In this document: positions 19,147-25,308 of the stretch, piece by piece
Layout: each line of letters opens with the position of its first letter
Position numbering within the stretch: the stretch's first letter is position 1
Virus record (IMG/VR): IMGVR_UViG_3300027734_002590
Location: 37,663 to 101,662 of that record
Direction: 5' to 3' (one strand)
DNA length: 64,000 nt
Source of the DNA: a virus
Notes under the pieces: generated by a model
Database searches by the model: none
The model's input: the letters and a program-made list of their open reading frames with translations, nothing else
What the model was told of the DNA's origin: nothing
Made by a program: the position numbers and the translations under genes

Positions 19147-19629
19147 TTAAATGTCGCCCTCGTGTGTCTTATTGGGGGTTATTAATCCCCATTCATTCAC
19201 CGTACCGTTAACATCGTATGATTTTTCTTGTTCATCGTAGGTCCATCCTAGCACCCGCATCATTTTATGTTTGACCAACAAGTTAGGTGCTCGGAAACGC
19301 TCGCAATCATTGAAGCCCATCATAACACCGACTTCGCAAACTGCACCACTGCGACAAATACCTGCGTGGCAATGTACAACAACGTTCATGCGATTTTCCT
19401 GGGCATGTTGTAACAGACGAACAAGCTGTTCTGCCTGCGCATCGGTAATGGCAAAATCGCTTTCTTCTTCAATGTCTAAGAATATAAATTGATGAACTTC
19501 TTTGAACTTGTGTTTTGGAGTTGGGAATGCCATGTCGTGATCCGAAATTTGGATCAGCATACTGTTCTCACCACATGCGTGATGCTTTCCTTTTGCTACA
19601 TTTTCCAATGGAATATTTTCAATCCACAT
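19147..19629 (-). CDS. protein-tyrosine/dual-specificity phosphatase-like protein
   Basis: VHCHAGICRS CX5R motif. Confidence 0.8.
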   Translation of the reverse strand: MWIENIPLENVAKGKHHACGENSMLIQISDHDMAFPTPKHKFKEVHQFIFLDIEEESDFAITDAQAEQLVRLLQHAQENRMNVVVHCHAGICRSGAVCEVGVMMGFNDCERFRAPNLLVKHKMMRVLGWTYDEQEKSYDVNGTVNEWGLITPNKTHEGDI

Positions 19630-19648
19630 GATACTCTCCTTAAAAATT

Positions 19649-19724
19649 TGGGGTGTCTTACGAGTATCGATCTCGTACTACCAGTTTCACAGACTAGGGT
19701 GCAGGCCACTACACTAAAGACACC
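19649..19724 (-). tRNA. tRNA-His(GTG)
   Basis: G-1:C73 pair; anticodon GTG; variant T-loop ATCGATA. Confidence 0.9.
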
Positions 19725-19733
19725 ATTGTTGAA

Positions 19734-19872
19734 TTTGCTTACCGTTATTCAATGTCCAAGTCAAACACGGAGCCCGGCATGGAGCCAGGCCTGCTACGGG
19801 CTTCAGGTACATTAACAAGTGTCTTGGGCGACTCGCTAATCACATATGGGTAACCGTACACACGTAAGCAAA
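19734..19872 (-). ncRNA. candidate 139-nt structured RNA
   Basis: Closing helix TTTGCTTAC/GTAAGCAAA; inner CCAAG/CTTGG and AGCCCG/CGGGCT. Confidence 0.6.
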
Positions 19873-19875
19873 ACT

Positions 19876-20049
19876 TTAAAAAGGTCGCCACTCTACACGA
19901 CCGTGTTGGTCTATTTTGGCGACACTTTGTTGTCTCTTAATTTCTACAAAATCTTTTTTCACAGTAATCACTTCTCCGCCACGCTTGACAAGATCGGTGA
20001 TCATTTGCTTTGCCAAAATATTAATAGGCTCAAAACGTTTTAGTTCCAT
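19876..20049 (-). CDS. small hypothetical protein
   Basis: MELKRF start after AAGGAGA RBS. Confidence 0.7.
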   Translation of the reverse strand: MELKRFEPINILAKQMITDLVKRGGEVITVKKDFVEIKRQQSVAKIDQHGRVEWRPF

Positions 20050-20064
20050 GACATTCTCCTTTAA

Positions 20065-20139
20065 TGGTCCGGCCAGCAAGAATCGAACTCACATTCAAGA
20101 GGTAGAAGCTCTTTGTATTATCCATTATACTATGGCCGG
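20065..20139 (-). tRNA. tRNA-Arg(TCT)
   Basis: 75-nt cloverleaf. Confidence 0.9.
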
Positions 20140-20145
20140 ATTGTT

Positions 20146-20225
20146 TGGTACCCCAGGCGGGAGTTGAACCCGCATTAAATTTCTCCTTTTGAGAGAGACG
20201 ACTTTGCCAATTTGTCCACTGGGGC
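20146..20225 (-). tRNA. tRNA-Leu(CAA), short variable region
   Basis: 80 nt; loop CT-CAA-AA. Confidence 0.85.
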
Positions 20226-20227
20226 AT

Positions 20228-20305
20228 TGGCGCGACTTAAGAGATTCGAACTCCTGACCCCCTGCTTCGTAGGCAAGTGCTCTGATCCAGCTGAGCTAAA
20301 GTCGC
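20228..20305 (-). tRNA. tRNA-Arg(ACG)
   Basis: 78-nt cloverleaf. Confidence 0.95.
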
Positions 20306-20311
20306 ATTGTA

Positions 20312-20387
20312 TGGTGGGTCGTGACAGTCTCGAACTGCCGACATTCTGCGTGTAAGGCAGACGCTCTACCAACTGAGCTAACGACCC
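20312..20387 (-). tRNA. tRNA-Val(TAC)
   Basis: 76-nt cloverleaf. Confidence 0.95.
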
Positions 20388-20437
20388 GAAAAGAAAAACT
20401 TCTAGCAGTATCTACGATACACCTAAAAGCCGTAATA

Positions 20438-20516
20438 TGGTCTCGGAAGTGGGATTCGAACTCACGATCTCCTGCTCCCAAAGCAGGCGCTTTAAACCGG
20501 ACTAAGCTACACCGAG
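20438..20516 (-). tRNA. tRNA-Pro(TGG)
   Basis: 79-nt cloverleaf. Confidence 0.92.
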
Positions 20517-20556
20517 AAATATTTTTTGGTAAATCTAGATTATTTTAAATACTAAA

Positions 20557-21441
20557 ATGTATATAAAACTAATATATGATCTTGACCAATTTATAACAAT
20601 AAGATTATTCGATAATACTGCTGTAACCAAATGGTTTACAAAATTCTCTGAGATTGAGTATCGACAGCATTATATAAATTCAAACACGACTAAACTTTTT
20701 GTACGTTTAAAACATCCTAAACTTAAAGTTAACAACTGGAATATCATACTTTCTACAATTAAAGATCTAAAATCTTTAGGCTACGTGTTCCCTTTTGAAC
20801 TTCCAAATAAGTTTACCAACGATCAAGAATTATTGAATAATCTACACAGGTTTTTTACGTATAACATTATGTGGGATCAGTCTAATGAAGTTAATCCGTA
20901 CGATACACAATTTCAAACTGATTTAAGTTTTGAACAATGGCACGATTTGCTTGATAAAATTAATCATGCTGTACACTGGTTAGAAGTTATCACTACTAAT
21001 CCGAATAAAAAAATATTAAACAAACTGCCTATGAAGTTCTTACATATACTACCAAAGCAAGGATCTCCTAAAACAGTATTAGGATTTGATCAAAATGATC
21101 AACTTCAAAACTTTACCTACTTTGACTATGACCAAAAACCACTAGTACTTTTAAGTGGATCGATCACAGGCAAAAGTATACTTGAAAGTTTTTTGACTAA
21201 CGATAATCCCACACTAAAAGATTGCACTGGAAGAACTATATCACACGGAGGATTTGTAATAGATCTAAATAATTCAAGATCCAAAATATATCAAAGCACC
21301 GAGTTTAGATCTTGGTATAATAAATTTAGTTTAACATCTCCTCTACCTTTAGAATTTCCTATAGGTCATGTAATAAATCCGGAGAAACTATCTTTAGTCA
21401 AACTATTACGTTTAAGAAAAGTACTGTTTTTAAATATCTAA
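20557..21441 (+). CDS. AT-rich hypothetical protein inserted antisense within the tRNA array
   Basis: 294-aa ORF, LNNLHRFF motif, TAAATA 5 nt before ATG. Confidence 0.75.
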   Translation: MYIKLIYDLDQFITIRLFDNTAVTKWFTKFSEIEYRQHYINSNTTKLFVRLKHPKLKVNNWNIILSTIKDLKSLGYVFPFELPNKFTNDQELLNNLHRFFTYNIMWDQSNEVNPYDTQFQTDLSFEQWHDLLDKINHAVHWLEVITTNPNKKILNKLPMKFLHILPKQGSPKTVLGFDQNDQLQNFTYFDYDQKPLVLLSGSITGKSILESFLTNDNPTLKDCTGRTISHGGFVIDLNNSRSKIYQSTEFRSWYNKFSLTSPLPLEFPIGHVINPEKLSLVKLLRLRKVLFLNI

Positions 21442-21442
21442 T

Positions 21443-21516
21443 TGGTTGCGGGAGGCGGAATCGAACCACCATCTGAAGCTTATGAGACTTCTGAATTACC
21501 GTTACTCTATCCCGCT
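21443..21516 (-). tRNA. tRNA-Met(CAT), initiator-like
   Basis: A1:A72 mismatch, GCGGG acceptor, CT-CAT-AA loop. Confidence 0.85.
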
Positions 21517-21522
21517 ATTAAA

Positions 21523-21599
21523 TGGTGCCCCAGAGGAGACTCGAACTCCTAAAATTTGGCTTCTAAGACCAACACGTATACCAATTCCGTCACCGGGGC
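21523..21599 (-). tRNA. tRNA-Leu(TAG), short variable loop
   Basis: 77 nt; Leu-type D-loop GGAATTGGTATAC. Confidence 0.9.
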
Positions 21600-21608
21600 A
21601 TAAACTTA

Positions 21609-21775
21609 CTATTAAAAAATAACATTACCCCTTACAGGACGGAGCGGATTTCTGAGTGGAGTTCGATTTTCCTCATCAGCCATTGCCCACGGTTTTATCA
21701 GAGGAGTAAGATGGCCCTATTCCTCATGAGCCTATGCGTCCATAAGCGATACCCGTTAATGCTATTTTTTAATGG
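21609..21775 (-). ncRNA. candidate 167-nt structured RNA
   Basis: Closing helix of about 19 bp CCATTAAAAAATAGCATTA/TAATGTTATTTTTTAATAG; inner GGACG/CGTCC and GAGGA/TCCTC. Confidence 0.65.
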
Positions 21776-21848
21776 TACTCGGTAGGGGAATCGAACCCCT
21801 CTTCCCGCCGTGAAAGGGCGGTGTCCTAGACCGATAGACGAACCGAGC
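21773..21848 (-). tRNA. tRNA-Glu(TTC)
   Basis: 76-nt cloverleaf. Confidence 0.95.
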
Positions 21849-21856
21849 AAAAACTT

Positions 21857-21885
21857 ATTATACAATAAGAATTTAATTTTGTCAA
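21857..21885 (-). promoter_or_regulatory. sigma70-type promoter internal to the tRNA array
   Basis: Perfect TTGACA-17-TATAAT. Confidence 0.85.
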
Positions 21886-21891
21886 CTATTT

Positions 21892-21965
21892 TGGCACGGG
21901 AACTAGGGCTCGAACCTAGAATGACAGAGTCAAAGTCTGTAGTGTTACCATTACACTATTCCCGA
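21892..21965 (-). tRNA. tRNA-Gln(TTG)
   Basis: 74 nt; U1:U72 mismatch, G73. Confidence 0.92.
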
Positions 21966-21975
21966 ACAGATTGAA

Positions 21976-22198
21976 TTTGTAAGCCTACGCCGCTTTTATC
22001 GTAGATTTATTCAGGACTTACCGGCCGCCTAGCCTGACCTCGAGCACGATGGATATCACTTGGGTACCTGTCCAGTTTAGTCGCCTCAATGGACCCCTGC
22101 AGTTCCCCGCAGGGTGGGTGTCGAACCCATCGCCTTCTACTGTTTCGGTCCTTCGAAGAAACCTAGACAGCGTGACTGTACTTGCTGACACTTACAAA
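21976..22198 (-). ncRNA. candidate 223-nt multi-hairpin RNA with a T-loop
   Basis: Closing TTTGTAAG/CTTACAAA; TGGG-TTCGACA-CCCA; CCCTGCGG-GGAA-CTGCAGGG; GTCCA/TGGAC; TCAGG/CCTGA. Confidence 0.7.
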
Positions 22199-22201
22199 AC
22201 T

Positions 22202-22277
22202 TGGTAGTAACGGTCGGACTCGAACCGACGATAAACACCGTATGAAGGTGGTGCATTAGCCACTATGCTACGTTACC
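22202..22277 (-). tRNA. tRNA(CAT), elongator Met or Ile2
   Basis: 76 nt; loop TT-CAT-AC. Confidence 0.85.
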
Positions 22278-22371
22278 ATATGTAAACACACTTCATGAGC
22301 ATGAGCTCACTTGTCTCCTTGCCCTAACTCTTGTGTTAAGGATCCGAAGGATAGAGTGTGTTTACATATGG
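22276..22371 (-). ncRNA. candidate 96-nt multi-branch RNA
   Basis: Perfect 17-bp helix CCATATGTAAACACACT/AGTGTGTTTACATATGG enclosing three hairpins. Confidence 0.65.
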
Positions 22372-22444
22372 TAGGACCGCCCGGACTCGAACCGGGAATT
22401 GGCAGATTAAAAGTCTGCTGTGATAACCATTTCACTACGATCCC
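22369..22444 (-). tRNA. tRNA-Lys(TTT)
   Basis: 76-nt cloverleaf. Confidence 0.95.
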
Positions 22445-22542
22445 ATATACAGTACTAAGTTGATTTAATGTGCCAACCTTAGACCGTACATGGGATCTAA
22501 GGAGACACTAACGTTTACTACGTTTCATGTCATTCTCCTTTG

Positions 22543-22770
22543 TTAAACTACTTTCTTAAGATACTCTGTACCTACCTTACCTTCTTGAATTTCAAGCAAT
22601 GCAGTTACATTTGGATGCAAATGCTCAAACTTCAAACTTTCTTTGTTACGTCGACTAATCTCACGTGAACGAACCGCGGCCATCAATACTAAATCATATC
22701 GATTGCCACCTGCAAGCTCAACACATTTATCGGTGTCGATTTCCGAACTACGACTGATACCTTTTTTCAT
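22543..22770 (-). CDS. rpoZ: RNA polymerase omega subunit homologue
   Basis: NRYDLVLMAAVRSREI and ALLEIQEGKV motifs. Confidence 0.88.
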   Translation of the reverse strand: MKKGISRSSEIDTDKCVELAGGNRYDLVLMAAVRSREISRRNKESLKFEHLHPNVTALLEIQEGKVGTEYLKKVV

Positions 22771-22789
22771 ATATTACCTTTTTAAAACT

Positions 22790-22865
22790 TGGTGCTACCT
22801 CCAGGGATCGAACCTGGTTCCTCGGTTCTTCAGACCGGTGCTATGACCACATCAGCTAAAGTAGC
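22790..22865 (-). tRNA. tRNA-Phe(GAA)
   Basis: 76-nt cloverleaf. Confidence 0.9.
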
Positions 22866-22866
22866 A

Positions 22867-22942
22867 TGGCGTACCCTCAGGGCCTCGAACCCCGAACCTC
22901 TGGTTTTGGAGACCAGCACTCTGCCAATTGAGCTAAGGATAC
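22867..22942 (-). tRNA. tRNA-Trp(CCA)
   Basis: 76-nt cloverleaf. Confidence 0.95.
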
Positions 22943-22948
22943 ATAATT

Positions 22949-23038
22949 TGGTCCCCCAGTGTGGAATCGAACCACATCCTGGACCTTATCTAGATTAATC
23001 GCTTATAAAACGACCTGCTCTCCTTGAGCTACTGGGGG
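22949..23038 (-). tRNA. atypical tRNA(TAT) with long variable arm (Ile by anticodon)
   Basis: CCCCCAG/CTGGGGG-ACCA; GTCGT-TTTATAA-GCGAT; variable region of about 21 nt. Confidence 0.75.
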
Positions 23039-23044
23039 AGCGTT

Positions 23045-23119
23045 TGGTATAGCGTACGGGGATCGAACCCGCCTAGTCACCTTGAAAGGGTGATGACCTC
23101 CCCAGAAGTCGAACGCTAT
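23045..23119 (-). tRNA. tRNA-Glu(TTC), second divergent copy
   Basis: 75 nt; TCACC-CTTTCAA-GGTGA. Confidence 0.9.
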
Positions 23120-23125
23120 ATAATT

Positions 23126-23199
23126 TGGAGCGGGATAGGAGAATCGAACTCCTGACTAAACCTTGGCAAGGTTTCGTTTGACCATTAAACTAATCCCGC
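23126..23199 (-). tRNA. tRNA-Gly(GCC)
   Basis: 74-nt cloverleaf. Confidence 0.95.
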
Positions 23200-23204
23200 A
23201 TACT

Positions 23205-23279
23205 TGGTGGAGGATGGGAGGATCGAACTCCCACTTCATGCTTGCAAAGCACATGTGCTCCCATTATCACTAATCCCCC
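23205..23279 (-). tRNA. tRNA-Ala(TGC)
   Basis: G3:U70 identity pair; anticodon TGC. Confidence 0.95.
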
Positions 23280-23286
23280 AATAAAC

Positions 23287-23363
23287 TGGCTCCCCGTCGT
23301 GGGCTCGAACCACGGACATCGACATTAACAGTGTCGCGCAACTACCAACTGTGCTAACGGGGA
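23287..23363 (-). tRNA. tRNA-Asn(GTT)
   Basis: 77-nt cloverleaf. Confidence 0.95.
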
Positions 23364-23370
23364 ATAAACT

Positions 23371-23445
23371 TGGTGCCCCAGGAAGGAATCGAACCTCCAC
23401 ACCCTGATTACAAAACAGGACCTCTACCACTAAGGATACAAGGGC
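23371..23445 (-). tRNA. tRNA-Thr(TGT), second copy
   Basis: 75-nt cloverleaf. Confidence 0.9.
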
Positions 23446-23453
23446 GTAAAACT

Positions 23454-23528
23454 TGGTAGCCTATCTTGGGAACGATCCAAGGACCCCCGCCTTATCAAGA
23501 CGGTGCTCTACCACTGAGCTAATAGGCT
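23454..23528 (-). tRNA. tRNA-Ile(GAT)
   Basis: 75 nt; variant T-loop ATCGTTC. Confidence 0.9.
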
Positions 23529-23533
23529 ATATA

Positions 23534-23621
23534 TGGCGGAGGATATAGGAATCGAACCTATCCACCCATTACTGAATGACAGTTTAGCAAACTGTTGCCT
23601 TAACCGCTCGGCCAATCCTCC
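23534..23621 (-). tRNA. tRNA-Ser(GCT)
   Basis: 88 nt with long variable arm. Confidence 0.95.
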
Positions 23622-23627
23622 ATAACT

Positions 23628-23702
23628 TGGCGATCCTGCGGGGAATCGAACCCCGATATCCGACTAGACAGGCCGGTATAATAACCACTATATGACAGGA
23701 CC
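23628..23702 (-). tRNA. tRNA-Asp(GTC)
   Basis: 75-nt cloverleaf. Confidence 0.93.
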
Positions 23703-23707
23703 AAATT

Positions 23708-23796
23708 TGGTGGAGATGATAGGATTCGAACCTATTGCGTTTCTTAAGTACCGGATTTACAGTCCGGGGCCACTCCACCATCGTAGCCGCATCTCC
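23708..23796 (-). tRNA. tRNA-Tyr(GTA)
   Basis: 89 nt; CCGGA-CTGTAAA-TCCGG. Confidence 0.92.
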
Positions 23797-23806
23797 AAAT
23801 TTATTA

Positions 23807-23940
23807 ACACTCTCCGGCTATGCCTGTCCAGGGCCCGAATGGACGTCCCTAAGGAGAGTGTGTATTAAAACATACTGATAACGCCTGCTATGCAGTACCA
23901 GACTATGGGTTTGGCCGTCCCTTTCAATATGCTTTAATAC
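23807..23940 (-). ncRNA. two adjacent related small structured RNA candidates
   Basis: Helices ACACTCTCC/GGAGAGTGT and 17-bp GTATTAAAGCATATTGA/TCAGTATGTTTTAATAC; shared AGGGACG...GCATAGC core. Confidence 0.6.
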
Positions 23941-24045
23941 GCTGTAATTTTTCATCTCACAAAAGAGACTTCATCCTACAGGCCGCCCGTTTACTACTGT
24001 TTAGCGTGTGTAGCGAGGACCTCGTTTCCCCTACCACGTTGTACT

Positions 24046-24210
24046 TTAGTTTACACTAAACGTTGGACATTTGTTCAACGATTCACTGTAAATTTTAGCA
24101 CGTTCAAACTTATTTTGAATAAGTTTTTGAAATTGTTCTTTAGTTAGAACACTTTCATAAGCCTGTTCAACAATTCGTTCATTCAATTTTTCGTAATCTA
24201 TCTCTGTCAT
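24046..24210 (-). CDS. small hypothetical protein
   Basis: MTEIDY start after AAGGA RBS, first ORF after the terminator. Confidence 0.6.
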   Translation of the reverse strand: MTEIDYEKLNERIVEQAYESVLTKEQFQKLIQNKFERAKIYSESLNKCPTFSVN

Positions 24211-24229
24211 TTTTTCCTTTTGTAAAAAC

Positions 24230-24259
24230 AAAAAACCCTGGGTTTTTAATCCAGGGTCC
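24230..24259 (-). terminator. intrinsic terminator (attenuator terminator)
   Basis: GGACCCTGG-ATTAAAAAC-CCAGGGTTT followed by TTTGTTTTT. Confidence 0.85.
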
Positions 24260-24286
24260 TTGAAGTTTTGAAATGTAATTAAGTTG

Positions 24287-24436
24287 TTACTTAACCATCC
24301 CAGCCCCCCGGACCCTTGTAATCTCTACTGGTAAACGATCTGAATGTAGACTATTGATCGCTAACCAATAAGAGGGCATTACGCCGCCTTGTTTGGCTAT
24401 CGTATTCAGTTGTCTAAAATTACAGGTTGCTTTCAT
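24287..24436 (-). CDS. putative attenuator leader peptide (49 aa, all 20 amino acids)
   Basis: MKATCNFRQLNTIAKQGGVMPSYWLAINSLHSDRLPVEITRVRGAGMVK*, between promoter and terminator. Confidence 0.7.
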   Translation of the reverse strand: MKATCNFRQLNTIAKQGGVMPSYWLAINSLHSDRLPVEITRVRGAGMVK

Positions 24437-24494
24437 TTCTGTTTCCAGTTCTCTTTCTTTAAAAATTACATCGTTATCTCTAACGTATGTGTAT

Positions 24495-24715
24495 ATTGTA
24501 TGATCTTTTGCACTTGCTGTCAACCCCTACTTGCATCTTTTTTGTTGTATTTTTACAACGGTGATTTGCCTGTAGACAGTTTCTAGCGTATGTCTATATT
24601 ATGTACTTATTTATCTCTCTTGTCAACCCCTATATAATAGGCCGATTTTGAATCGTTGTAAATTTACAACAGTGATGTTATAATTTATATTAGCATCAAG
24701 AACGCGGCCTGTCAA
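24495..24715 (-). promoter_or_regulatory. three tandem sigma70-type promoters heading the tRNA array
   Basis: TTGACA-17-TACAAT (24495-24523), TTGACA-17-CATAAT (24598-24626), TTGACA-17-TAATAT (24687-24715). Confidence 0.75.
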
Positions 24716-24753
24716 TCTGAGCCGCTGTAAATAATAACAACAAAGGAACTTAT

Positions 24754-25299
24754 ATGCAAATCTACAGACTCGAATCAGATGCCTTTGTAGTCACGTTCAA
24801 CCAATTCAAAGACAACCGAGGATGGTTTTCTGAAACATGGTCAGACAAGTGGCTACCAGACCTAGGCATTCCATCTCCCTTCGTCCAACAGAACACAGTT
24901 TGGACAGAAAATAAAAATACCATTAGAGGATTACATGCACAATCTGCACCAGCAGAGGTTGCAAAATTTATCCGAGTGATTAAAGGCAGTATCTTAGATG
25001 TGTTTGTCGATGCTCGTCAACAAAGTCCAACATTTGGTAAATGGTTTAGTTATGAACTGAACGAATCTACTCCACAGATACTTTACATTCCAACTGGTTT
25101 TTATCACGGGTATATGACTTTAACAGATGATGTTATTGTTCACTATCAACAAGATGCATTCTTTGAGCCTGCATATGAGCAAGGTTTGATATGGAATGAC
25201 CCAACACTACAAATTGATTGGCAGTTAAACGGTGCAGTACCCGTTGTTTCAACAAAAGATGCACAACAACAGACTTGGGATCAAGTCCACAAATTTTAA
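24754..25299 (+). CDS. rmlC: dTDP-4-dehydrorhamnose 3,5-epimerase
   Basis: DNRGWFSE, RGLHAQ, SPTFGKW, GFYHG. Confidence 0.92.
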   Translation: MQIYRLESDAFVVTFNQFKDNRGWFSETWSDKWLPDLGIPSPFVQQNTVWTENKNTIRGLHAQSAPAEVAKFIRVIKGSILDVFVDARQQSPTFGKWFSYELNESTPQILYIPTGFYHGYMTLTDDVIVHYQQDAFFEPAYEQGLIWNDPTLQIDWQLNGAVPVVSTKDAQQQTWDQVHKF

Positions 25300-25308
25300 G
25301 AGGCAAAA

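Noticed and set aside
21660-21682. CUGAUGA hammerhead-like core in the 167-nt element
   Set aside because: Followed by CGAAC rather than CGAAA after a negligible stem II, and no stem I/III with an NUH site could be built
20030-23781. Short ORF-track ORFs across the tRNA array (e.g. 20030-20227, 20175-20372, 22789-22998, 23236-23430, 23584-23781)
   Set aside because: They lie on top of clear tRNA cloverleaves
24437-24523. N-terminal extension of the leader ORF given by the ORF track (78 aa from TTG)
   Set aside because: That TTG is the -35 box of the promoter; the ATG at 24436 lies downstream of the predicted TSS
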